This document shows positions 51,790 through 64,000 of a stretch of 64,000 nt of DNA, piece after piece. The position numbers and the translations under genes are program-made. Below the pieces are notes generated by a model that worked only from the letters and a program-made list of their open reading frames with translations, did no database searches and was not told the DNA's origin. Position 1 is the first letter of the stretch; every line of letters begins with the position of its first letter. Source of the DNA: Chiloscyllium plagiosum (Eukaryota); assembly GCF_004010195.1 (NCBI RefSeq), contig NC_057719.1:49251336-49315335 (forward strand), written 5' to 3'.

Positions 51790-52200
51790 GAGCCACCAGG
51801 ATATATGAACATCAACTAGCCACAAAAATACATGACCCCCTCTCACTAGTATCTTTACATACAGATGAGGGAGGACACCACTTCGACTGAGAAAACACAT
51901 CTATCCTAGGACGAGCCAAACAAAGACATGCATGGGAATTCCAAGAAGCATGGTATTCTAACCAGAACTCTATCAATAAACACATTGACTTGGATCCCAA
52001 TTACCACCCCTTGAGAAAAATAACAGGAAATGACATCACCACAGGAAATGACATCACCAGCCCAAGGAAACCTAAACACATAAATAAAAGTGGGCTATAC
52101 CACAAGTGCCTCATCAGGAGGCTGACTGATGCTGTTATCTAGTATGGTGATGAAATGTCTGAAAGCGAACCTTCCAGCTCAGTGAGCAAACCTACATTCA
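51790..52200 (+). mobile_element. Penelope element (family 5) GIY-YIG C-terminus and terminus
   Basis: ATRIYEHQLATKIHDPLSLVSLHTDEGGHHFD*ENTSILGRAKQRHAWEFQEAWYS..SINKHIDL. Degenerate hammerhead ctgatgc-tgttatc-tagtat-ggtgat-gaaatgtc at ~52126-52160. Confidence 0.88.
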
Positions 52201-55122
52201 GTGATTCTTTAGTTGAGAAGCAGCTTGGAAAGTTGTAGATTCAAAAGTTGTTATATAAATACAAACAGAGAAACAAGTATGGAAGCAAATAGTTTTTGGA
52301 TTTAGTATTAACTGGGCTTTGTTTATTTTAAAAGGATTTAAAAATCTTCCGTTCCCAATTACAAATTCTTCACAATTAAGAATGTAGGAACATAGGATTT
52401 AGAAACATCCATATCATTAAATATAAAAATTTTAACATGGCCATGTTAAATCCATAAGCAACCCTCACCCATCTTTCTGTTACTGTCAGACTCAATTTTC
52501 TAATGTTCTCTTAGTTAGCCTCCTATCAGCTGCTCTCCAACGTTCATAGAAAGTTTTATAGTGCATGTTTCACCCAATCACCATCTATTCATTGACTCAT
52601 ATTGGTTCTCTATTGCCAATGTAGTATTTTGAAGATTCTAGTTTGTTTTGAATATTTCTATAGCCTCCTTCATTTCTGTGTCTTCCTCCATCCCTACAAC
52701 CTTTTGAGGACTTGATGTTCTTCCATTTTGAACCCTGTCCATTTCTGATTTTCTTTGAAGCACCAGCGGTGGTTAGGCGTTATGGCATTTGGGCCTCGGT
52801 AATAAATTGGTCTCTGATGAATTGAAAAGGAGCAATGATCAATTCAAGAAACAACTTAAATAACAGATTAGGAATTGTAAAAGAGTGCACTACCTCGTCC
52901 TGCTTATAATGGTGGCACAGTTTTGTTCGCTGGCCCAGAGTTTCCTCTTACTGGTTGAACTCACCTCAGGTTTAGTAACTACAAATAATCTCCAAAAAAC
53001 ATATAATTCTTTGTTTAATCTATAAGTCTCCTGGACTATGAGCACTCTATCATTACTGTTGTCTTTCTGCAACTGTCTTATTATTGCCTGTGATGGTTTA
53101 TTGCCTGCAGTGAACATTAACACACCCTGTGTGTAATGCTAGCTTATGTCAGGATTATGCATGTCTTCATTTGCCCTATACTGTTACTTTAATGTTGTTT
53201 TGCTTCATAGTTGTTCTTCTAGGGCAGTTGGCTTTTCTGTTTTGTTGTGCTTTGCAAAGACTCTAGCCTGATCTTTCTAATTGGTGTTATGAATACTGTC
53301 AATGATATTGTTGCTAGAATTATTTTGGAGACAACAAATTAATGAACTGGATCTGGGATGGAATGGTCAACTCTGCTTGGTATTCCTGAATGTTTCATAT
53401 CACAACATCTACACCCAACTATTCCATCCAGTCAGTCACATTCCCAACTTCAAAAGTTCTAACGGCTAAAGAACATGGTTCAAAGAAAGTAAGCAACTAT
53501 TTATTTAATATTCCACAGATATTTATTCAAGGATACTTATAGCAAGTTTCAGCAGATTAATTTTAATTTTTGAAGACTTGAAGAATATCTAGAATAATTA
53601 CCTAATGTGAACTGCTGTCAAAAATATGTTCAAGGGTGTATTAAAAATAATTTTTAAAAAAACAAACCATTTTTATATTTGCCTTGAAAGACATTATCAT
53701 TTGAATTTAACTTCTCATCTTAAAACTTTTCATTATATAAATCTTTCTTTTTATAATCAGAGCTGAGGAACACTACTTCAAATTAATGTATTTACAAATG
53801 GTACAAAAAGTGTGAACACAAGTCTTTCCTTCGATATAAGAATTTAACATGATTTAAAGTTTTGAACAAGCAGCTCTATGTAGCAAAAAATACCGCAATT
53901 CCATGACTATTTTGTAGGCGATGTATGTACTCTGTATGTTTTCAATGGATAGTTTCAGGTAAAAAAAAATTCCTGTATGCAATGATAACTAACAGGGTGA
54001 ATTATGAGTGACTGGTAAAATGTATGGTGTTATATAGTGCATCTGTTTATCAGATTGTATAATTTATAAGATTATTTCATGAACATCTATTATGTTGCTC
54101 GCTCTTATAGTTAATCAGAGTTATTTCAAATATAGGAATTAAGGCTAATGATGAATTAGCAAAAAGAATAGGTAGACACAGCATATGTTTTTAATCTCCT
54201 CTTTCAATCATTGTGACCACTGAAGGAGATGCTTAATGAGAACTTTGCATAAGTTACTGTTCATCTATTATGGTACGTGCATTTGAAAGGATTCTATGCA
54301 ATCCAGAATCAAGCTTATTAATGAACTTTAAATTTTGGATCCCTTGACAAAGTGGCCTTTGAATTTTAAGCTGTGCGCATTGAAAACCTGCTGTATGGGT
54401 CAGCATTCATTTATTCATTTGGAGTTTTTTGGAATGCTGAATGTCTTTTTAATGTTACAAAGAATCCTGCTGTAATCTTCTCATTAGTTTGGTATTTTCA
54501 ACATTTCACAAATTCTCAGCATACCATTTGCATCCTGTGCATTGTAAAATACATACAATAGAAACAGCTCTTTTGCAGGTGTTTGCATTAAGTACACAAA
54601 GATTATGTTACTACATTTGCATAGAATCATGGGATGAACATTTTTCATTTTAATCTGACCTTGCTCGTGCTTCACTAATGCTGTTCAAGTATTCAAATTT
54701 TAACTTTATAGGGCAGTATACTCCACCAATTAAAATCTGAAAAATATTTTTATTTGAGTATTTATCCATAGCTCATCTCAGACGGTCTTCTACACTTGCT
54801 TAAATTGGACAGTTCAAAATTGTTTACTATTCAGAATCAGTACCTGTATCAGTTAAATTCTGTGACTAGAAACAAAGTTAATTTTGTTTTAAAATCCCTC
54901 AAACAACATGCAGCCAAGGTGCTACATTATCAATGAGACTGACTGAAACCTGCTTGAGTCCTCTTGGCCCAGAATTATTAAACAAAGAAACTCAGCCATC
55001 AAGAATTCCTTGACACTAGAACCTATTGTGGTTAGTATGAAGTAGTCAGTCACACTGCTCACAAAGCTCACTGAACATACAGCTACAAATATGAATGAAT
55101 AATGTGGCTGGTTTCCTCGTAC

Positions 55123-55310
55123 ACAAAATAAAAGAACTGTGGATGCTGGAAATCTGAACGAAAAACAGAAATTGCTGGAGAAAATCAGCAGGTCTAGCAA
55201 CATCTGTGGGGGAGATCAGAATTATATTTTAGATCAGAATTATGTTACATTAGAAGATATGCCAGATGCTGCCAGATGCTGAGTTTTTCCAGTAATTTCT
55301 GTTTTTGTTG
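55123..55310. mobile_element. Fold-back Penelope family-3 remnant
   Basis: aaaacagaaattgctggagaaaatcagca / tgctgagtttttccagtaatttctgtttt inverted arms. Confidence 0.7.
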
Positions 55311-55479
55311 CTCTTACTTTGGTTTATTTGTAAACTTTGTATTTTACATGAGAACTGCTGAGTTCACATATAGGTTTAAATGCCAATCTCTTGATGTTTT
55401 TCTGCACTTATCTGACCTTTTTGTATGTGGTCATGCATGCCTTGACACGGAACCGGCAGAATTACAATGTGTTTGACGT

Positions 55480-57100
55480 TCAAAGATTACAATCTTGATA
55501 GTCTAGTTAATCCCTGAATGACCAAAGAAAGATACTGGCCACCCACTGATGATCTTTTTGAACTGTTACAACTGGTCATCTGATGTAGCTTGCTAAATCT
55601 GCTCTGCTTGTCTGTGACCAAATATATGTGATTGATGCTGGTGTCTGGAATCATTGACCTTGTATCTGATGGATTTGTCACCTTGTGAATCATAAAAATA
55701 TGTTGATCCATACACGCCAATAGACTGATAATAGAAGATACATCCATTTCACATGTCCATCTTGAGAATCCATATTGGCATTTAAGACAAATAATACTAA
55801 TGCATGGGATGCCTGACTTGTAAGCAGTTAACCTATTTTGTGTGGAATACACTACACTGTGCCAGTTTCCTAAGTACATCTGGTGTAAGATACCATATAA
55901 GGATTATATTTGCACTTGCACTGGTGTTGATTTTGGTATTTAGTGCATATTGTCCAGTTCTTTTGGGATATATCACTCAATCGAGGCAATGCCTTCTGCT
56001 TTTGTGATAGTTTGTTTTATTGCTGTTGCCTCATGGACTTCGTTAGAATGCTCTTGTGCCATGACAGGAATTTTGGAAACTACTTTGACATTATTTCTTT
56101 ATTGGCTCTTCTTCTTATGCTACAGCAGAGCATTTGTGTTGTACTTTGCTTTTCTCTGCGTGATTGCACTTCTTACACAACTTAGCCCATTGTCCTTTTG
56201 TAATTATAGCTTGTATGTGTTGTGAAATACTGAGCATTGTCTTGATGGGTGAGGTACACTACATTGCATGAAAGATTTGGATGTTCCTCTGAATATATGG
56301 CTGCAATAGTTGTTGCAGAGTCAGGCACTTGCAGGTGCTGCTGGCCTGCCACAATTGATTTAAACTTTGAACTGAATTAAATTAAATTTATTGTCACGCA
56401 TACAGAGGCACAGGGAAAAGCTTTGGCTTGCGTGCAATACAGGCAAATCACAGAGTTAAATAGCATAGAAAAGTAAATAATATGTAAACAACGGCAAAAC
56501 AAAAGTTATTAGTAATTTTTTAAAAAGTATGCTATTAAGTTTAAAGATTGTAGAACAATTGTAGAAAATAGGAAATTTAGATCTGCATGCAGGAGCTCAC
56601 AAGGAGTCGACCATATCTGGTGCCATGTTGGATGGTTCCTTACATCCAACTTCAAGCAGAGCATTAATGGCATAATATTTGGATTTGTCCACAAGTGTTT
56701 CTCTGAAAGATTTGATGGATATTGAGGAAATGACCAATTCAAAGTTAGCTTTGGCAAAATCATTACTTACCTTGACATTGATATTTGACTATGAACTGGT
56801 TGAGCATTTCACCTGGCTAATGGCAGTATGACACAAATTCAAGGCTATGTATCCTGAAATTGACTCAAACTTTAAATTGATTAGTTGAACTCTGAAAAAT
56901 TTTGTTAGGATCTTTGTGGCCATTATCAGAAATTCTGGAGATTTTTATTCATTTTATGACTTAGTATCCAAAGTGAGAAATTTAACTGGCTGTTGATTCA
57001 TTTGTCAGTTATCTGCTGATCTAGAAGGATTGATTCTTTTTTGAACAACTGAAGTTCTGACAGAAGTGCTAATGGGATGCCAACCCATTGCTGTGTATTT
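55480..57100 (-). mobile_element. Old RTE-like LINE fragment
   Basis: Minus strand ...SRFSKLHQ...SKRSSVGGQ and CLK..YGFSRW resemble the RTE C-terminus. Heavily decayed. Confidence 0.45.
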
Positions 57101-57538
57101 GTTTTCCAGGTTTATTGAGTTCTTTACGTTCCTTAAAATGTCAGTGCAAGAACTTGTGTTGGAGTATAGTTTACCTGTTGTCTTTTGTTATTGTTTTATA
57201 TCTTCCCCTTAAAAGTTGCAGCACATTTGTGCCTGTCATGGGTAAGAAGTCAGAATGCCACTTTGGCTTTCTTTTTATTATCATGCCAATTTGGAAAAAG
57301 TAAATGGTGGAATCGATCAATGTCTGGACACAGGTCATGCTTCTTTAATGCAGCTTCTAGAAGCTGTATTTTTTTCTAGAAGTGCTTTGGAGCTGTTTTT
57401 AGAATTATTTAAAACTTCATTTACAAAACAACTGATCTGCAGCCTCTCATTATTTCTAAAGGTAGAGAGAGAGAGATAGAATACTCACTGTGCTTTGGTG
57501 CAGGTTTGTAACCTTTGGTCTTGGTTTAGCATTTTAAC

Positions 57539-57853
57539 ATTAGATTACTTACAGTGTGGTAACAGGCCCTTCGGCCCAACAAGTCCACACCGACCCGCCA
57601 AAGCGGACCCACCCAGACCCATTCCCCTACATTTATCCCTGCACCTAACACTACAGACAATTTAGCGTGGCCAATTCACCTAACCTGCACATTTTTTGGA
57701 GTGTGGGAGGAAACCGGAGCACCCGAAGGAAACCCACGCAGACACGGGGAGAATGTGCAAACTCCACACAGTCGGTCGCCTGAGGCGGGAATTGAACCCG
57801 GGTCTCTGGCGCTGTGAGGCAGCAGTGCTAACCACTGTGCCACCGTGCCGCCC
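57539..57853 (-). mobile_element. HE1-type V-SINE, full length and CpG-rich (young)
   Basis: Full HE1 with CpGs largely retained. Confidence 0.93.
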
Positions 57854-59489
57854 AAAAATTTGTAGTTATAGCTTCATGTTTGAACACAGACAGATTGATG
57901 ACTGGCTGAGGAGAGAAATACTTTTAACAACTGCCACACTGCGGTGACCTTTTCATCTTTTAGTGTCTTCTTGTTGCCACTAACTAGCTGTCACAACTGC
58001 TCTTTAGTGCCCAACTGTTGCCAACAGGATGTACTTTGTGGTTTTCTATCAGTTCACATAACATATACCACAGATATTCAAACTTCTCTTGAGTCAGCTA
58101 TCTTAACATTTATATACAACAATATTTACAATGCTATAATATGACAGACAACATAGCCTGAGTTCTATGCTTATTTATATTCCTGTACGTTGTGTACACA
58201 CAACCAACTGACTACGCTGAATCCATTACACAGAGAGCATGAATGGTGGGAAGATGGGTATCTTTATATTGGAATATCACATGTCATAATGCCATAAAAC
58301 TGTCTTAAAGCTATCTGGTTTGGAATCTATGCCATAATTCAACAATTTGCAGGAATATTTTCATATCCTAGCTGTGACTTCTGTAGGCCGCAAGACAAAA
58401 AACATGTTACATAGTGAACTAATGTAAACAATAATCTTCGATGGACCATAAAGATTCGGATTGATAGTGTTGACTTTAAGGATTAATCTGATTTGGTAAT
58501 GCAGTTGGTGCAAGCAGTTACAATTAAGGGGTTTCACTATAAATGCAATAGAAAAAAATGTAAATTATAATTTTATTTTTCAGAATTTTTTTTACCTGAC
58601 ATAGATATGCTAGTGTTGCAATCAATTTATGTATAAAAGGGTTAACTGTGGTTAAGCACATGGCAGTGTATTTTTTAAAAATGTTTCATAAAATCATAAA
58701 GTACAAGTAAAAAGAAGTAGTTTAATTGTTCTCTGACCCCTAAAATGAGATTATTGGCTTGAAATGAATCTATGATATGCTTTCCAGCTAAATGCTAGGA
58801 AGTGTTGAGTGTTACTCCATTTTAGTGCCAAGAGTAGCTATAATTACAAGGGTTGTTTGCCAATGTATTTGATACTACAGTAGGTTAACATCTGTAATGA
58901 AAGCGTGTTGGTTATGATGTAATTATTGCACTTTTGCAAGATAAAACCAAAGTTAGTTGTTGAAATGTTCTTTGGTCATCTGATTACTGAATACAATATT
59001 TGTTTTAGGATATTAATTTAAATACATGTCACTGAGGCATATTTAGCATATATAACATAGTTGATCAGATTTCATATGTCTAAATTATCATACATATTAC
59101 CAAGATACACCCTCTGACAAATGTACATTTTCAAGCAGTTGTTGCAATTCAAATTAAAATTGGAATTTACCTTTTATATAATCTGAAATAGATTTTAAAA
59201 ATATAAGTACCAAACTAGGAGAGAGGCTTCTTCAATAAGAAGCAGCTCTCTCTTATCCACAAAGAGTGAAATAAATAACAATGTCTCTGGTGCAGTTAAT
59301 TTTTTATTTTTCTATGTATGTTTTGCAATTATAACAAATTCCAGCACTAAATCACGGAAAAGCAAAGGAAGTCAGTTTCCCCATATAATCTTTATATAAT
59401 AATGGAATGTTTATCATAATTGGCAGCCATTTGGCCCAACTTGTGCTTGCCCACACTCGACAAGGTCAAACTATCCATCCCATAGTTTA

Positions 59490-59945
59490 ATCCAATGGAC
59501 TGCCACAATGTAAAGGACATGGATGGGGTGGAATTTGTTACGTGTATTCAAAATAATGTTCTTATTCAATATGTGAATGTATATACTGGAGAAAGAGTAA
59601 AACTTGACCCTCTCTTGAGAAGTAAGGCAGGGCAAGTAACTGAAGAGTTAGTAGGAGAGCATTTTGGGACCAATGACCATATATCTATTAGTTTTAAAAC
59701 AGTTATGAAAAATAATAGGTCTGATCTGAAAGTTAATGTTCTAAATTGGAGTAAGGTCAATTTTACTGGTATCAGACAGGAACTTTCAAACAATGATTTG
59801 GAGAGGCTGTTCGCAGGTAAAGGGAAATTTGGTATATGGGAGGCTTTCAAAAATGAGATAACGAGAGTTCAGAGACAGTATGTTCCTGTTAGTGTGAAGG
59901 GCAAGGCCGATAGATATAAGGAACACTGGATGAATAGAGATTGGA
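59490..59945 (+). mobile_element. CR1 LINE AP-endonuclease C-terminal fragment
   Basis: DGVEFVTCIQ..LIQYV...VGEHFGTNDHISISF...LNWSKVNF...WEAFKNEI (first 150 aa of ORF 59495..60196). Confidence 0.9.
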
Positions 59946-60540
59946 TAGCTCTGGCGGCAGTGAGGTCCCCTAATATGGACTCATGTATGCCCAGCATGGA
60001 CTTATGGCAGCAGCAAAGGAGTTACTTTGCTGAGGTGAGCGCAGGACCTAACATTGGAATTGATGGCTGTCAGTGGTGTAGGCTCAATGGTGAAAGATGG
60101 TGCCTGAGGACCAGTGACTTTGTCATTGGCGGCAGCAAAGTGGTGAGGAAGGGCACAACAGCGACATTGAGGTGGGCCCAGCGGCGAGGGATGTGACTCT
60201 GACATTGGCAGGTCTGGTGCAGGTGGTGACGAGGTGGCTGCAGAGAAGACTTGGCCCAGTGGTGAAAGATGGTGCTTGAAGATTGGCAACTTCAATGTTG
60301 GTTGGGTTCAGTGTAGATGACGGTGAGGTGGTGGAGGAGGGAGGGCAGCACAGGTGTTGTTAATGATGAGCTGGCTTAGGACTGATGGACAGTCTTTAAG
60401 CCATTCCTTTCTATTTCTTTTCTTATTCTTAAAGTTATTCAAAATGGTGCCGGATCGTGGCAACAGTGGAAAAGCTTTTCACTGTACTTTACTGTTTTTC
60501 TCACTGTAAAATACTCATGGCAATAAAATCATTCAAATTT
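59946..60540 (+). mobile_element. Unclassified GC-richer non-autonomous retroelement with Rex1/Babar-like tail
   Basis: Ends aagcttttcactgtac...catggcaataaaatcattc. A similar tail lies in reverse at ~56375-56425. Confidence 0.4.
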
Positions 60541-61138
60541 TTATAAATCTTTTCCACATTTTCTTTAAAGCTTTCATGTTCTTCCTAAAGTGCAGTGGCC
60601 AGAATTGAACAGATAGTTCCGTTTAGGCTGAATTAGAGTTTTATAAATAAGCATTATAACTTCCTTCCTTTTGTATTTGATGCCTTTATTTAAAAATCCC
60701 AGGATTCCCAATGCTTTTTTTAGCTAATTTCTCAATCACTGTTTTACATGTACCTGCGAGTCTTTGTTTCTGCACCTGCTTTAGAATTACCTCCAGTAGT
60801 TTATATTGTCTCTCTTCACTCTTCCCAACAAAATGTATCACTGCACATTTGTTTGTATTAAGTATTGTGATAAGTCTCCCAATTCCACCACCTAGAGGGA
60901 AAATTTAGTAAAAATACAGTATTACTTGGAAACGAACATCCTGGCCAGTCTGGAGAACTGTTCTGAGGTATACACAACAAGTGACATCAGTTAGAAATTT
61001 ACACTGTTTTTATCTTCACATCTATCAATATCTTCCTTAAGCTTCACATTAACTTCCAAAGTTTTATGTAATCTGCAATTATTAAAATGATTCCCTAAAT
61101 GCCCTCATCTCGATCATTAATTTGGATTAAAACAGACA

Positions 61139-61390
61139 ATTAGATTACTTACAGTGTGGAAACAGGCCCTTCAGCCCGACCTGCCGAAGCACAGCCACCC
61201 AGACCCATTCCCCTACACCTAACACTACAGGCAATTTCGCATGGCCAATCCACCTAACCTGCACATTTTTAGACTGTGGGAGGAAACTGGAGCACCTGGA
61301 GGAAACCCACGCAGACACGGGGAGAATGTGCAAACTCCACACAGTCGCCTGAGGTGGGAAGTGCTAAACCACTGTGCCACCGTGCCACCC
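61139..61390 (-). mobile_element. HE1-type V-SINE with small internal deletions, inside a decayed CR1 (~60545-61900, minus strand)
   Basis: HE1 head, V domain and tail. Confidence 0.9.
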
Positions 61391-61988
61391 ACAATCTTCC
61401 TAGCAGTGGTCCCTAGAGACCCCCATTTTATACCTTCAACCAATGACTATTTCCTGTCACTCAGTCAACTTCCTAATTAATCCTGCTACCACTTTCCTTT
61501 TCATCCCATGGATCTCAACTTTGCTGACAAGTATATTATGTGAAATTTTGCCAAGTGCTTTTTGGAATCCTACACCTCAATCACATTACCCTCATCAAAC
61601 ATCTCAGCTAAATCATCAAAAACACAGTCAAATCAGCTAAATATGAACTTGCTGTAAAATCCCTTTCCCTAATTTACTTTCACTTATCCAAATGATTACT
61701 ACTTTTTTCTTGGATAATTGTCTTTAATAGCTTGACCACTACTGGGGTTAAAGTGATGCCTGTAGTTGCTGAACACTTCCTTGCATCCTTTCTTGAACAC
61801 AGGTGTGCAAAGTGCTCTAATTTTATATCAGACAATCCTGCTTTAACTGTTCTGGGAATTTTTCAGTATTCGATGGCTTTATATGGGATTTTAATCTTAC
61901 TAAACTTACCTAAATGAAGTACCAGTCTGTTTTCATTCCTTTCCTCAGTGAAGCAGCTTAAAACCAACAAAGCCATGAAAAACAGGGT

Positions 61989-62334
61989 TAAAAATCACAC
62001 AACACCAAGTTATAGTCCAACAGGTTTAATTGGAAGCACACTAGCTTTCGGAGCGACGCTCCTTCATCAGGTGATTGTGGAGGGCTCGATCGTAACACAG
62101 AATTTATAGCAAAAATTTGCAGTGTGATGTAACTGAAATTATACATTGAAAAATTGATTGTCTGTTAAGCCTTTCATCTGTTAGAATACATTGATAGTTT
62201 CACTTCTTTCATGTGTAAATCACAAAACCCCTTTTTTAAAAGTTGCATTCTCGGGTTAGCTAACCGAGACTATAACCTGGTGTTGTGTGATTTTTAACTT
62301 TGTACACCCCAGTCCAACACCGGCATCTCCGAAT
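61989..62334. mobile_element. Inverted Penelope family-2 element with perfect 15-bp TSD
   Basis: CATGAAAAACAGGGT at 61974-61988 and 62335-62349, with inverted termini. Confidence 0.9.
62039..62073 (-). ncRNA. Minimal type I hammerhead ribozyme, intact core
   Basis: Minus strand cac-CTGATGA-a-GGAGC-gtc-GCTCC-GAAA-GC-TA-gtg: stem I cac/gtg, 5-bp stem II, palindromic AGCT stem III, CUA cleavage triplet. Confidence 0.75.
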
Positions 62335-63744
62335 CATGAAAAACAGGGTCAGTCTTAATTTTTTTCCCAGCTGTATCCTTGGTCACGTCGCATGTACATG
62401 CAATTAGATGCTTTCCAACTTGAATTGTGATCTCTGAACTTGAATATATTACCACTGCGTGTGAAGATATCATCTCTGTATGTGATGACACCACCTTTGT
62501 GTGCTGTAATGTGTTTGTTATTAGTGACCTATGAGAATGGCCATCCTACACTCTTTGCCCTTCACACTATTCCAAGTCCATTCTATATCAGGATAAGTGA
62601 GGTCCCCCATTATCACAACTCTGTATTTTTGTACATCTCTGTAAGTTCTGTGCATATTGCTCCTATGCATCTTTCTTGCTAGTTGGTGGCCTGCAGCATG
62701 CAGAAAATTAATGCAATGTTGCCTCTATTGTTTCTTCAATCTAATCAAATAGATTTGCTCTTGACCCTCCCAGGACATCCTCTCTCTCTGTAATAGTCCT
62801 CCTAATCATTACAGCTACCTCTTCCTTTTTCTTCTTGTCCTTACCTTCTGTGAAAATTTGGCATGCAGGAAAATTTAGTGCTTGATCCTGTATTTTATTT
62901 GAGTAAATTCCTTGTTATTGCCAGGGCATCGTATTCCATGTAACTATGTGACTCTTTAATGGAAAATGTGGTACAATTTTCTCTTTGTAATCTCTTACAC
63001 CATATTTAGTTTTTAAATTTAATTTACTTGTCTTAAGTAATTAAGTTAGTCATTAGAAATTCATGGATGATTAATTCCCAGCATGTTTATTTTCAAAAGG
63101 AACTCATGCAGTGTTTAATGAGAAGAAGCTACTTATGATATTTGGTCAAACCCTAATGAAGCATTTTAATGGGATTGAGCTGGTAACTCTATGGATATAC
63201 ACATTTCTGCACACATGAGCACACCTATGATTTCCAGCCTGTTTATTTGTAAAAGAAACCTTATTGCTTTTATGAAAACTAAAGTCGATCGTTTGGTTAA
63301 AATTTAACACGATTTTAGTTTAGTGAGCTATGAAGTCTTTTTATGGATACTTATGCATGTGCTGGCACGTAAAGTTTCCAGAATGTATTTAACTTTTGAA
63401 AAAAGAAACACAAAAGCTCTTTTTAATCTCATGATCTTTGGATAATGTCGCTGTGGGATATATTGGATCCCTATCCATTTTCGTACCCACCCAATATTCC
63501 ACCGTAATTTGCAGCCAATGGAAATACCTGCCCTAAAGTGGATGGGTGTATTTAAAAGGAACAATAATGACATGCTGATCTGTCAACTGTCCCATTTTCT
63601 TTCATTACTGTCTCATTATCACCCAACGACAATCACACCCATATAAAATATGCTAGGCAGTAAGTGAAAAGAAAAGCTTGATTTTAAAGACTCAGCAGTT
63701 CTTTTTTTGGGAGGATTCGCCAAAAAGTTATTTCTTGACTAAAA

Positions 63745-64000
63745 AAAGGAAAATGCCGTAAATCTAAAATTAAAAACAAGAAATGTTGAAAATGCTCAGC
63801 AGTATCTATGGACAATGAAACAGAGCTAATTGGTTTTGCCAGAATTGGAAAAGGTTAGAAATGTAGCAAGTTACAAAGAAGTGCAGAGGCAGGTAAAGTG
63901 GAGAGGGGAGCAAGAACGAAATGGGAAGTGTGGAATGTAGGAAAGATTATTTGGCAGAGGCGATGATAGGTAAAAGGAGATGGAAATGGGACAGGTAAAG
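63745..64000 (-). mobile_element. Penelope family-3-like terminus running off the window
   Basis: aaatgttgaaaatgctcagcag...aacagagctaat followed by the purine-rich tract seen in the other Penelope ends. Confidence 0.55.

Noticed and set aside
52022..52058. 18-bp tandem duplication acaggaaatgacatcacc
   Set aside because: A minor feature inside the Penelope 3' region with no independent significance.
59495..60196. Longest ORF (233 aa) as a host gene
   Set aside because: It is a chance fusion of a CR1 endonuclease fragment with an unrelated inserted repeat.
63100..63600. Protein-looking peptides in unique AT-rich DNA (also ~52890 and ~58300)
   Set aside because: Frequent stops and no motif. 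They cannot be distinguished from random translation by eye.

Overview
Eukaryotic, repeat-dense, non-genic (intronic or intergenic) DNA, almost certainly from an elasmobranch (shark). This is inferred from about nine HE1-type V-SINE copies, HER1/CR1 LINEs and Deu-type SINEs. I found no intact host protein-coding gene. Nearly all listed ORFs are transposon debris or antisense shadows. Recognisable elements: Penelope-like retroelements (GIY-YIG fragments and short inverted elements), CR1, L2/Crack-like and RTE LINE fragments, a decayed Ty3/Gypsy pol, a solo LTR with a 4-bp TSD, a PIF/Harbinger transposase relic and two MITEs. Two things stand out. (1) A ~2.4-kb non-repeat segment at ~1290-3658 whose frameshifted + strand translation carries the ordered motifs of a Mononegavirales-type L-protein cap methyltransferase (K...GD[G]SG...TDLE...K...SSTE), a candidate endogenous negative-strand RNA virus. 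(2) At least five Penelope families carry minimal hammerhead ribozyme cores with covarying stems, and several occur as short fold-back elements flanked by 11-15 bp TSDs. Coordinates of decayed repeats are approximate. All calls were made by eye without database searches.
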